From assembly GCA_005882985.1 (NCBI GenBank), contig VBEJ01000036.1, forward strand, positions 1 through 56,727: DNA of 56,727 nt, given 5' to 3'. This DNA comes from Chloroflexota bacterium. Its GTDB lineage: Bacteria; Chloroflexota; Dehalococcoidia; SM23-28-2; RBG-16-64-32. The position numbers were made by a program, and so were the translations under genes. Below the pieces are notes generated by a model. It was not told the origin of the DNA. It searched no databases and saw nothing but the letters and a program-made list of their open reading frames with translations. Shown here in pieces: positions 1-7,923 of this stretch. Position 1 is the first letter of the stretch, and every line of letters begins with the position of its first letter.

Positions 1-80
1 AGCGGGTGTCTGCGGCAAAGGGCTCGGGGCTGGAGGAGCTGCGGTCCCGGATAGAGGTGGCGCTGGCCGAGGAAGCTTAG
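1..80 (+). CDS. C-terminal fragment of an upstream gene (partial at window edge), possibly a small GTPase
   Basis: Frame 3 is open from the window edge to TAG at 78-80 and reads RVSAAKGSGLEELRSRIEVALAEEA*. The S-A-x-x-G-x-G-L-x-E-L pattern resembles the G5 end of TRAFAC GTPases, but 25 residues are too few to name it. Confidence 0.3.
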   Translation, partial: RVSAAKGSGLEELRSRIEVALAEEA

Positions 81-102
81 GGCTCGTTCGACGGCGATGC
101 GC

Positions 103-567
103 TTAACGGTCGAGCCCGGTCACCGCCAAAAATGAATTCACCGGTGCGGGCGTCAATGAAGACGAAGGCATAAATAGCCTCGTAATGCCCCGGTGGGGCG
201 CCCTGACCCATCGGCGGAGTCCCGGTAACTTGCTCGGATCAAAATGGACGGCCCAAGCGACACGAGTAGTCGGGTCCCCCGCGGTTTTGAGGTATACGAG
301 CACGACCTCGCGCGGCACGCCACCGGGATAAGTCCGAACGGCTTGTCGTACAGCGGCGTCTCGGGTAACAGGCGTGCCCGGCTCCAGCTGGGCGCGGACT
401 ATTGTCATACCTCCACCTGTAATCTCCTCGGTCGGGATGCCCGCGAGAAGTGACTTGTCGGAGCTGGTTCGCTCTTTTAGCACTGCCACCAACAAGAGCA
501 AAGCGACGAGGAGCAGAACCAGTAACGCGGCGCGCCACTGCCGCGCGACCGAAGCAACGGCTATCAT
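103..567 (-). CDS. hypothetical membrane-anchored protein
   Basis: 154-aa ORF with an N-terminal hydrophobic helix (AALLVLLLVALLLLVAVL) followed by a soluble domain. No family recognised. Competing overlapping ORFs look like GC artefacts. Confidence 0.5.
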   Translation of the reverse strand: MIAVASVARQWRAALLVLLLVALLLLVAVLKERTSSDKSLLAGIPTEEITGGGMTIVRAQLEPGTPVTRDAAVRQAVRTYPGGVPREVVLVYLKTAGDPTTRVAWAVHFDPSKLPGLRRWVRAPHRGITRLFMPSSSLTPAPVNSFLAVTGLDR

Positions 568-615
568 GGCAGCCTAGATATTACATCGGACGTTCGGAAA
601 AGAAAGGAATGCCCC

Positions 616-1584
616 GTGAAAGCAGCTGTCTATTACGAAACCGGCGCACCGGATGTGTTCCGCTACGAGGAGGTGGCCGACCCGGTCTGCCAGCCGGGGG
701 GCGTGCTGATCGACGTCAAGGCCATCAGCATCGAGGGCGGCGATGTGCTCAACCGGGCGGGCGGCGAGATGCCTCGCTCGCCGCATGTCGTGGGTTATCA
801 GTGCGCGGGGATCATCCGCGAGGTGGGGTCGCAAGTGACGGACCGGAGCGCGGGTCAGCGGGTCGTCTGCGTCATGCCGTTCGGTTCGCACGCCGCGATG
901 GTCGCGGTCGCGGGCCAGCAGACGTTTCCCGTGCCCGACGACCTCGATCTCGAGCGAGCCGCCTGCATTCCCGTCGCCTATGGGACGGCGGACGAGTGCC
1001 TGTTCGAGTTCGGGCACCTGAAGGCGGGCGAGACTGTGCTCATCCAGGCGGGCGCCGGTGGAGTCGGGCTGGCGGCGATCCAGCTGGCGAAGCGCGCGGG
1101 AGCCACTGTGCTGGCGACGGCCTCGAGCGATGAGAAACTGGAGCGGCTGAAGGAATTCGGGCTCGATCACGGCATCAACTACCGCAGCGGCGACTGGGTC
1201 TCGGAGGCGCGTGGTAAGAGCGGCGGCATGGGCGTCAACCTTGTCGTCGATTCGGTCGGGACGACACTGGAGGGAAGCATTGCGGCGACCGGGTACAAGG
1301 GCCGCATCGTGGTCGTCGGGAACGCCGGGCGCGCTGAGAACCGCGGCGTCGACCCGGCGAAGCTCAGCGAGATGAACCGCTCGCTGACCGGTGTCTTCTT
1401 CGGCGGCGCGCTGATGTTCGAGCCGCAGCGCGGGCGCCCGCTCGTCGAGCGGTTGATCGGGGACGTAGCGAACGGCTCGCTGAAAGTCGTCATCGACCGC
1501 ACGTATCCACTGGCGGAGGCGGCCGCCGCGCACGCGTACATCGAAGGCCGGCAGGCGTTCGGGCGCGTGGTGCTAGTGCCGTAG
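616..1584 (+). CDS. NADPH:quinone oxidoreductase / zinc-type alcohol dehydrogenase-like (MDR superfamily)
   Basis: 322 aa, GTG start. GroES-like N-terminus MKAAVYYETGAPDVFRYEEV, Rossmann motif AGAGGVGLAAIQLAK, C-terminal GRQAFGRVVLVP typical of the quinone oxidoreductase subgroup. Confidence 0.9.
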   Translation: MKAAVYYETGAPDVFRYEEVADPVCQPGGVLIDVKAISIEGGDVLNRAGGEMPRSPHVVGYQCAGIIREVGSQVTDRSAGQRVVCVMPFGSHAAMVAVAGQQTFPVPDDLDLERAACIPVAYGTADECLFEFGHLKAGETVLIQAGAGGVGLAAIQLAKRAGATVLATASSDEKLERLKEFGLDHGINYRSGDWVSEARGKSGGMGVNLVVDSVGTTLEGSIAATGYKGRIVVVGNAGRAENRGVDPAKLSEMNRSLTGVFFGGALMFEPQRGRPLVERLIGDVANGSLKVVIDRTYPLAEAAAAHAYIEGRQAFGRVVLVP

Positions 1585-1687
1585 GAGTGCGCCTCACGGA
1601 GGCGCATTACGCGGTTGTTCCGCACTGTCCAGTGGTCCCGGCGACATCGGAGGATAGGGATCGTTCCGTGGACAGATCCTTCCTTCG

Positions 1688-2662
1688 TCAGGATGAGAGC
1701 GGGCGACGGCGCAGCTCCCAGAAGGTGTCGGTGACATCGGGCACATCCCTAGCGATCTTCTCGTCGATGCGGGCGATCAGATCCTCGATCTCGCGGGTGT
1801 GAAGGTCGCGGCTCAGCTCGAGTTCGCCGGTGACGAGAACGCTGTGTGAGCCGAGCTGCATTGAGAGCAGCCGGACGATGTGGGTGACCTCGGGGAACGA
1901 CATGACGACGCGGTGCAGCGCCTCACGGACCTCCTCGCTGGCCGCGGCGCCGAGGAGGAGGCGGCGCGCCTGCATGCCGAGCATGAGTGAGACGGCCGCC
2001 AGTACAAAGCCGATGCAGATGGAGGCGATGCCGTCCCAAACCTCGCTTTCGGCGGCCTCCGAAAGCGCGAGCCCTCCGGCGACGAGAAGTAGGCCGGTGA
2101 GAGCCGCGCTGTCCTCGAAGACGACGGTCTTCGTTGTGAGATCTGGCGATTGCCGGATGTAGCGGATGACGCTCCAGCCGCGGCGCCGGGCGCCCGACAT
2201 AAGGCTTCTCATCGCGACCGTGAAAGAGAACGACTCGAACAGGAATGCCATTCCGAGCACACCGAAGGCGACGGTAAGGTCGAATGAGCTGCGTTCGTGC
2301 GCCTCCTCCTGGATGAGCGTGCGCGTGCCTTCGAAGAAAGAGAAGGCGGCGCCGGCGACGAAGATGAAGATGGCGGCGAGGAACGACCAGAAGAACGCTT
2401 CCTTCCCGTGTCCGTGCGGGTGCGCTTTGTCGGCTTTGGTCTGCGAGAGGTTGATGCCGAGCAGAAGGAAGACCTGGTTCACCGTATCCGCGACGGAATG
2501 GCCGGCCTCGGCGAACATCGCTGCGCTGCCGGTGAGCGCGCCGGCCACAAGCTTGCCGCAGGCGATGGCCAGGTTAGCGGCCATCGCCGCGAGAACGGCG
2601 CCCCGGCTCTCTTCTCCGGTAGCTTCGGGGGCGCGCGGAGCCGGCGTTGGGGCTTCGGCCAT
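1688..2662 (-). CDS. cation diffusion facilitator (CDF) family metal efflux transporter
   Basis: 324 aa with multiple TM helices. CDF hallmarks HSVADTVNQ in TM2 and HPHGHGKEAFFWSF, plus a cytoplasmic C-terminal domain. Confidence 0.9.
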   Translation of the reverse strand: MAEAPTPAPRAPEATGEESRGAVLAAMAANLAIACGKLVAGALTGSAAMFAEAGHSVADTVNQVFLLLGINLSQTKADKAHPHGHGKEAFFWSFLAAIFIFVAGAAFSFFEGTRTLIQEEAHERSSFDLTVAFGVLGMAFLFESFSFTVAMRSLMSGARRRGWSVIRYIRQSPDLTTKTVVFEDSAALTGLLLVAGGLALSEAAESEVWDGIASICIGFVLAAVSLMLGMQARRLLLGAAASEEVREALHRVVMSFPEVTHIVRLLSMQLGSHSVLVTGELELSRDLHTREIEDLIARIDEKIARDVPDVTDTFWELRRRPLSS

Positions 2663-2754
2663 AGCGGAAATAACGCTACCACGTCCAGCGAGGGGCGGAC
2701 ATCTGAATCCGGCGCCGGCGCCTTCCGCGCAGCCGGGACCCTGGCTTGGGAAGC

Positions 2755-2964
2755 CTAAGCGCGGGCGAGCTTCTTGGCTGCGCGCAGGGTCAGGAGGTGA
2801 GCGCCGAGCTCGTCGTGGCCGTTCCGCTCGAGATGCCGGTGGTATACGGGCAGATAGCGGAACTCGCCGAAGTGGCGGATCACGTGCCTTAGCGTCTCCT
2901 CCGCGTCAAAGGGGAGGCGCTTCTGGCAGTAGCCGCAGCGATAGGTCTCTTCCGTCTTTGCCAT
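2755..2964 (-). CDS. small Cys2-His2-type putative metal-binding protein (hypothetical)
   Basis: The ORF track gives 2755..3027. The ATG at 2964 (MAKTEETYRCGYCQKRL...) is preferred because the longer form would run through the arsR promoter. Contains C-X2-C, 13 residues, then H-X3-H and further His. Co-directional with the CDF gene 92 nt downstream. Confidence 0.5.
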   Translation of the reverse strand: MAKTEETYRCGYCQKRLPFDAEETLRHVIRHFGEFRYLPVYHRHLERNGHDELGAHLLTLRAAKKLARA

Positions 2965-3020
2965 ATCTATCCCAGTGAGTAGACGCGTCATTTTCGACTG
3001 TGTTACGCTGGCTGAGGATA

Positions 3021-3049
3021 TTGACAATCATCTATAAGCAGCCTATTAT
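3021..3049 (+). promoter_or_regulatory. sigma70-type promoter of arsR (TTGACA-17 nt-TATTAT)
   Basis: Perfect -35 TTGACA at 3021-3026, a 17-nt spacer, and -10 TATTAT at 3044-3049 in a local AT-rich patch. Only 10 nt separate the -10 from the arsR ATG at 3060. Confidence 0.5.
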
Positions 3050-3059
3050 TCTTTTCGTG

Positions 3060-3410
3060 ATGACGACCGAAGTGAAAGTCCAGCCGGCTACCGAGATCTG
3101 CTGCCCGATTCCCAAGCGCCATTTCCACCCGGAAGAGAACGACGGGGCGAAGGAGGCGGCGGCCGTCTTTCGCGCGCTCGCCGATGAGACACGCCTGCGC
3201 ATCCTGAAGGGGATATCGCAGATGGGCGAGCTGTGCGAGTGCAATATCGTGCCTGCCTTCGGCCTCTCCCAGCCGACGGTGAACTATCACTTGAAGGTGC
3301 TGCGCGCGGCCGGACTCGTGAGCTCCGAGCGGCGGGGGCAGTGGGTCTATCACCGCGTGAACCAGAAGGCGGTCTTGGGCGCTGTCCGCGACCTAACGGA
3401 AGTGGCATGA
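3060..3410 (+). CDS. arsR: ArsR/SmtB family metalloregulatory transcriptional repressor
   Basis: Winged HTH: FRALADETRLRILKGISQMGELCECNIVPAFGLSQPTVNYHLKVLRAAGLV, with an alpha3 C-x-C (ELCEC) and an N-terminal vicinal pair (ICCPIP). Start moved to ATG 3060 (MTTEVKV), downstream of the promoter. Confidence 0.9.
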   Translation: MTTEVKVQPATEICCPIPKRHFHPEENDGAKEAAAVFRALADETRLRILKGISQMGELCECNIVPAFGLSQPTVNYHLKVLRAAGLVSSERRGQWVYHRVNQKAVLGAVRDLTEVA

Positions 3411-3742
3411 GCGAGCGAAGTTCACCCGGCCGAGACGACATCATCGAGGTCCTCCACTGCGACCTGAACGCGCGGCCAGAGGCAGCACCCGGCATCGACG
3501 CGCTCCTGCCACACGTGCGACGCGTTTCGACATCGGACGGAGCTCTGCTGGTCGACGTCGATGAGCAGGCTGCGCGAACGCTCGAGGCGTTCGTCGCGGC
3601 CGAGCGGCTCTGCTGCGCCGGGATCGGGTGGGAGATCGAGCGTGGGCCGGTGCTTCGCCTTCGCATCACGGCGAACGAGGGCCAATTGGAAGCTATCAAA
3701 TCGCTCTGGATCAGCAAACCAAATATAGAAACTTATCGATAA
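3407..3742 (+). CDS. hypothetical 111-aa protein with one vicinal Cys pair, translationally coupled to arsR
   Basis: ATG at 3407 overlaps the arsR TGA (ATGA). It is in frame with track ORF 3233..3742. Reads MSERSSPGRDDIIEVLHCDL...ERLCCAGIGWEIE... and ends 9 nt before the arsM ATG. Confidence 0.6.
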   Translation: MSERSSPGRDDIIEVLHCDLNARPEAAPGIDALLPHVRRVSTSDGALLVDVDEQAARTLEAFVAAERLCCAGIGWEIERGPVLRLRITANEGQLEAIKSLWISKPNIETYR

Positions 3743-3751
3743 GGAGGCGTC

Positions 3752-4669
3752 ATGACGACCGAGCAGACGATTAAAGAAGAGGTGCGAAAGAGGTACGGCA
3801 AGGCGGCAACCCGCGCCCGCGAAAGCGCCGCTGACGGCGGCTGTTGCGGCGGCAAGGGCGACGGCAACGCCATCAGCTCTCACCTGTACACGACGGACGA
3901 GATCAGAGATCTGCCGCAGGAGGCGGTCGTTGCGTCGCTCGGCTGCGGCAACCCTGTAGCGATCGCGGAATTGCGCGAGGGCGAGACCGTCCTCGACCTC
4001 GGCTCCGGCGGCGGCATCGACGTTCTGCTCTCCGCGCGACGTGTCGGGCCAGCAGGGAAGGCGTACGGGCTCGACATGACGGATGAAATGCTGGAGCTGG
4101 CGCGAGAGAACGCGCGCAAGTCCGGGGTGACGAATGTCGAGTTCCTGAAGGGCGAGATGGAGGACATGCCGCTGCCGGACGCGTCGGTCGATGTGATTAT
4201 CAGCAACTGCGTGGTCAACCTCTCACCGGACAAGGATGCTGTCTTGCGAGAGGCGCATCGTGTACTTAAGCCGGGTGGGCGATTCGCTGTAGCGGATATC
4301 GTCACGCGCGGCAAGATGCCCTCGGCGCTGAAGCGGAGCCTCGAGCTGTGGGCGGGCTGCGTCGCCGGCGCGCTTTCCGAGGACGAGTACCGCAGCAAGC
4401 TCAGCGCGGCGGGCTTCGGCGACATCGCGATCGAGGCGGTCCGCGAGTACACGGCCGACGACGCGGCAAGCGGTGGCCTGGGCGAGCTGGTCCAGCGCTA
4501 CGCGAAGAAGGGCGCCGAGCATCTCGGTATTATTAGCGCGGTCGTTCGCGCGCGGAATGCCGGCGGTGCGGACACCAAGCCGTTCGCCCAGACGAGCGGG
4601 CGTCTTCCCGAGCCGATTCCGGTCGTGGCTTCGCAGGGCTCGGTCTGCGGGCCGGGCGAGTGCTGCTAG
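3752..4669 (+). CDS. arsM: arsenite S-adenosylmethionine methyltransferase
   Basis: 305 aa. RBS AAGGAGG upstream. SAM motif VLDLGSGGGIDVLL. Conserved ArsM cysteines (GGCCGG, LGCGNP) and NCVVNLSPDK. Cys-rich C-terminus CGPGECC. Confidence 0.9.
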   Translation: MTTEQTIKEEVRKRYGKAATRARESAADGGCCGGKGDGNAISSHLYTTDEIRDLPQEAVVASLGCGNPVAIAELREGETVLDLGSGGGIDVLLSARRVGPAGKAYGLDMTDEMLELARENARKSGVTNVEFLKGEMEDMPLPDASVDVIISNCVVNLSPDKDAVLREAHRVLKPGGRFAVADIVTRGKMPSALKRSLELWAGCVAGALSEDEYRSKLSAAGFGDIAIEAVREYTADDAASGGLGELVQRYAKKGAEHLGIISAVVRARNAGGADTKPFAQTSGRLPEPIPVVASQGSVCGPGECC

Positions 4670-4771
4670 TCAGCGAATCTTAGAGCGAATTAGCGGATCC
4701 GGCGGAAGGGAGGCTAGTGTTAGGCCCGCCTCCTTCGCTATTCGGCGCTTACTGCCAGTGCGGCTGTTGCG

Positions 4772-4801
4772 TTGACAGGCTTGCAGCGCGCTGCCTAGCA
4801 T
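4772..4801 (+). promoter_or_regulatory. candidate promoter (TTGACA-18 nt-TAGCAT) for the DUF2277-like gene
   Basis: TTGACA at 4772-4777 and TAGCAT at 4796-4801. The ATG at 4814 is only 12 nt downstream, so the leader is short or absent. Confidence 0.35.
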
Positions 4802-4813
4802 GAAATTTAGACG

Positions 4814-5011
4814 ATGTGCCGAAGCATCAAGACTCTACGCGGTGACGAGACCGCCGGAGAAGAAGAGGTCCGGGCGGCTGCCCTTCAGTTCGTGCGCAAG
4901 GTGAGCGGCTATCGCAAACCGTCTCGCGCCAACGAGGAGGCATTCGACGCGGCGGTGGACGAGATTAGCGCGGCGTCTCAGCGGATGCTGGACGCGCTCC
5001 AGCGGAAATAG
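4814..5011 (+). CDS. DUF2277-like small protein
   Basis: 65 aa. MCRSIKTLRG...EEVRAAALQFVRKVSGYRKPS matches my recollection of the DUF2277 N-terminal consensus (MCRNIK...AALQFVRK.SG). Confidence 0.7.
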   Translation: MCRSIKTLRGDETAGEEEVRAAALQFVRKVSGYRKPSRANEEAFDAAVDEISAASQRMLDALQRK

Positions 5012-5044
5012 GCCGACCCTTCGTCTTCGTAAGTGGCTTGAACG

Positions 5045-5692
5045 CTACGGCGTGCCGCTGATCTCGATCGCGCCCTCGCTGAACTTTGGCGTGTAGTTGT
5101 GCTGAAGCGTCAGGTCGCGGAGCTGATCGTTGATCATGTCTTCGACCTGCCCCTTGAGCCGGTCGGCGGCGGAGCTCGGCAGATTGCCGGCCTCGAACTT
5201 CGTCATGGTGACCTTCGGGTGCGGACCGCTGAAGTCTATAGTGCCGCGGGCCAGCACGCGGCTTCCGAACGCTCCGCCCACGCCCGGGAGATCGCTCAGG
5301 ACGGGCAGCTCAACCTTCCCGGACGCCTCAGCCTCTCCGTTGTGGAAGCAGATGATCAGGTCCTTTAGCGGCGCTTCCTTCGAATCGAAATAGCGGGTCG
5401 CCCGGGAGGTCGACTCGCTCTCAGTGAAGCCAACACTCGCCGGTTGACCGGCGTCGAGCTGCTGGTCGAACGCCGACCACTTTGTCTGCCAGGCGGTAGC
5501 AAGCACGTCTTCGTTGTTCACGCCGCGAACATCATTGTGGCCAGAGGCGTTCGCTTGGTCGCTTCGGCACCCGTTCGTCTCGCTAGGGCCGCCGGTTGCA
5601 GCTAATGCGGTCAGCGTGATCGCGCCGATGATCGCGGCGACGACGCAAAGCCCGATGAGGGTGCTGACCACCGTTGTGATTTTTTGCGCCAT
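5045..5692 (-). CDS. hypothetical membrane-anchored/exported protein
   Basis: 215 aa. N-terminal TM/signal anchor (TTVVSTLIGLCVVAAIIGAITLTALAA) followed by a soluble domain. No family recognised. Confidence 0.6.
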   Translation of the reverse strand: MAQKITTVVSTLIGLCVVAAIIGAITLTALAATGGPSETNGCRSDQANASGHNDVRGVNNEDVLATAWQTKWSAFDQQLDAGQPASVGFTESESTSRATRYFDSKEAPLKDLIICFHNGEAEASGKVELPVLSDLPGVGGAFGSRVLARGTIDFSGPHPKVTMTKFEAGNLPSSAADRLKGQVEDMINDQLRDLTLQHNYTPKFSEGAIEISGTP

Positions 5693-5824
5693 TCGTTGCT
5701 CCCTGTCCGGACCGCGCTAGTAGCAGTCCTGTAGGCGAGTGTTCGGGCCACCTGCCCGCGATGTTGCAACTCTAACGACGAACGAGACCGGCGCGCCGTT
5801 ACGGAAGTAGACCAGCCGCGCGCC

Positions 5825-7381
5825 TTAACCGGCGGTCTTCGCCCGCTCCTGCTCGATCAATTCGCGGCGGAGGATCTTGCCGGAGGGCGTTTTCGGAATC
5901 GCCGCGACAAACTCGATTTCGCGGACTTTCTTGTACGGCGCAACCCGCTCTTCGACGAAGCGCATGAGCTCTTCCGGGCTCGCTTCCTGGCCCTGGCGGA
6001 GGAGGATGAAGGCCTTCGGCACCTCGCCCGACTCGGCGTCGCGCTTCGGGATAACGGCCGAGTCCATGACGGCGGGGTGCTCCATGAGGAGCGCCTCGAG
6101 CTCGGCCGGGGCGATCTGATAGCCCTTGTACTTGATCATTTCCTTCTTGCGATCGAGGATAGTGACATAACCTTCCTCGTCGCACTGGACGATGTCGCCC
6201 GTCCGAATCCAGCCGCCGCCGGGCAGTGTTTCGGCCGTATCCTCAGGCCGCTGCCAGTAGCCCTGCATCACCTGCGGGCCGAAAGTCAGCAGCTCGCCTA
6301 CCTCGCCGACACCAAGCTCACGCCCGTCATCGAGAGCGACAACCTTCTCGACCGTGTCGGCGATGGGGGGGCCGACAGTTGCGTCCTTGATGCGGTTCAT
6401 AGGGTTGACGTTCGTGACGGGGCTTGTCTCCGTCATCCCGTACCCCTGGAGCACGACCGTGCGCAAGGCGCGCCCGGAGGCCTGGGCGACCTCAGGCGGA
6501 AGGGGAGCGGCGCCGCTCATGATCATCTTGAGGCTTGAAGTGTCGTACTTGTCCGTGCCCGGGAAGTTGGCCAGCGCAAGCAGGGCGGGCGGAACGGCGA
6601 AGAGGTTGGTCACCTTGTGCTTCTGGACGAGCTCCAGGCAGAGAGTTGGATCGAAGCGGCCCATGATCACCTGCGTGGCGCCGGCGGCGAAGCCGCAGGC
6701 CATGAGCACGACCATCCCGTAGATGTGATAGAAGGGCAGGAAGTCGAGCAGCACCGAGTAGGAGCTGCTCATGCCGGTGGACAACGTTTGGCGGACGTTG
6801 CAGACGAGGTTGTAGTGACTGAGCATAACGCCCTTCGGCAGGCCGGTGGTACCACTGGAGTAGGGCAGAGCGGCGAGGTCCTCCTTCGCGTTCAACGAGA
6901 CTGGATTCGGGTCGCCCTTCGCTTCGTCGGCCAGCGACCAGACATCCTCGATGGCGAAGACATGTCGCAACTTGGGCAGGTGCTCGCGAACGCCGTGGAC
7001 GAGGGGCTGGAGGGGGCCCATGGCGAAGGCAGCGCGCGCACCGCAGTCCTCGAGCTGATGGAGGACTTCGCGCTCCTTATACAGCGGGTTGAGTGTGGTG
7101 ACAACGCCGCCCGCGAAGAGGGTACCGTAGAAGGCGATGAAGTATTCCGGGCAGTTCGCCGAGAGGATGGCGATACGGTCGCCTTTCTGGATGCCGGCCT
7201 CCTGGAGGTGCCGGCCCAGCCGAAGGCTCGCCTGCCAGGCCGCGCCGAAGGTATAGGTACCGCCTTCCGGGGTGATGAAAGCCGGCTTATCGCGAAAGCG
7301 ATCGACCGAAGGCGCCAAGAGGTCGGTCAGCGGGATCTCGGCGTACGGTTCGAGGCTGAACCAGGGGCTGTGGAAGAGCAT
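5825..7381 (-). CDS. AMP-dependent acyl-CoA synthetase/ligase (long-chain fatty acid or aromatic acid CoA ligase)
   Basis: 518 aa. AMP-binding motif YSSGTTGLPKGV, GYGMTE, TGD, and C-terminal PKTPSGKILRR. Confidence 0.9.
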   Translation of the reverse strand: MLFHSPWFSLEPYAEIPLTDLLAPSVDRFRDKPAFITPEGGTYTFGAAWQASLRLGRHLQEAGIQKGDRIAILSANCPEYFIAFYGTLFAGGVVTTLNPLYKEREVLHQLEDCGARAAFAMGPLQPLVHGVREHLPKLRHVFAIEDVWSLADEAKGDPNPVSLNAKEDLAALPYSSGTTGLPKGVMLSHYNLVCNVRQTLSTGMSSSYSVLLDFLPFYHIYGMVVLMACGFAAGATQVIMGRFDPTLCLELVQKHKVTNLFAVPPALLALANFPGTDKYDTSSLKMIMSGAAPLPPEVAQASGRALRTVVLQGYGMTETSPVTNVNPMNRIKDATVGPPIADTVEKVVALDDGRELGVGEVGELLTFGPQVMQGYWQRPEDTAETLPGGGWIRTGDIVQCDEEGYVTILDRKKEMIKYKGYQIAPAELEALLMEHPAVMDSAVIPKRDAESGEVPKAFILLRQGQEASPEELMRFVEERVAPYKKVREIEFVAAIPKTPSGKILRRELIEQERAKTAG

Positions 7382-7395
7382 CTCAGTCGCTCCTT

Positions 7396-7914
7396 TCAGG
7401 AAGGCGTGCCGGTGCCGACCAGTCTAACAGCAGTCTCGGCAACGCGCCGCCCCAGAGAGCGCGCCTGCTCACGGTCGTCCTCCGTCACCTGGCCATGAGC
7501 GGTTGCGCCGTAGTAGGAGCCCGACACGCGCATCCGCTCAGACCAGGGCAAACCGACGACGAGCATTCCGTGGGCGAAGAGGAGGTGCAGAAGCTGGAGG
7601 AGCGGGGCCTCGGTCCCGGCGGAGCGGGAGTATCCGGCCGTGAAGGCGGCGCCTACCTTGCCAGCGAGCTCGCCACTCTCCCAGAGGTCGCCCGAATAGT
7701 CGATCCAGTCCTTCAGCTTGCCTGTCATTCCGCTCCAGTTCGGCGAGCCGAGGATCAGCGCGTCGCATTCCTTCAGCTCTTCGATCGCGGCCTCGTCCAG
7801 GCGCCGATAGCTGAGCTCAGCCTCAGGGACGCTGGTGACGCCTCCCCCAATCGCTTCGGCCAGTTGTTCGGTGAGCCCGCCCTGTGAGTCAAACAGCAGG
7901 AGGATGGCGGCCAA
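7396..7914 (-). CDS. flavodoxin-like fold protein (WrbA/NAD(P)H:quinone oxidoreductase-like)
   Basis: 172 aa, TTG start. LLLFDSQGGLTEQLAEAI, LILGSPNWSGMTG and a C-terminal YYGATA pattern consistent with FMN-dependent WrbA-type proteins. Confidence 0.75.
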   Translation of the reverse strand: MAAILLLFDSQGGLTEQLAEAIGGGVTSVPEAELSYRRLDEAAIEELKECDALILGSPNWSGMTGKLKDWIDYSGDLWESGELAGKVGAAFTAGYSRSAGTEAPLLQLLHLLFAHGMLVVGLPWSERMRVSGSYYGATAHGQVTEDDREQARSLGRRVAETAVRLVGTGTPS

Positions 7915-7923
7915 GTGAGAGGA

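Noticed and set aside
574-1533. Long ORFs antisense to, or out of frame with, well-supported genes. Examples: 574..1533(-), 10098..11366(+), 24014..24850(-), 30857..31852(-), 38464..39498(+), 44208..45644(+), 45658..47187(-), and the 16836..17591 part of 16836..18467(+).
   Set aside because: High GC suppresses stop codons in non-coding frames. These ORFs have Arg/Ala/Pro/Gly-rich low-complexity translations and no recognisable motifs. Each fully overlaps a gene with strong family signatures.
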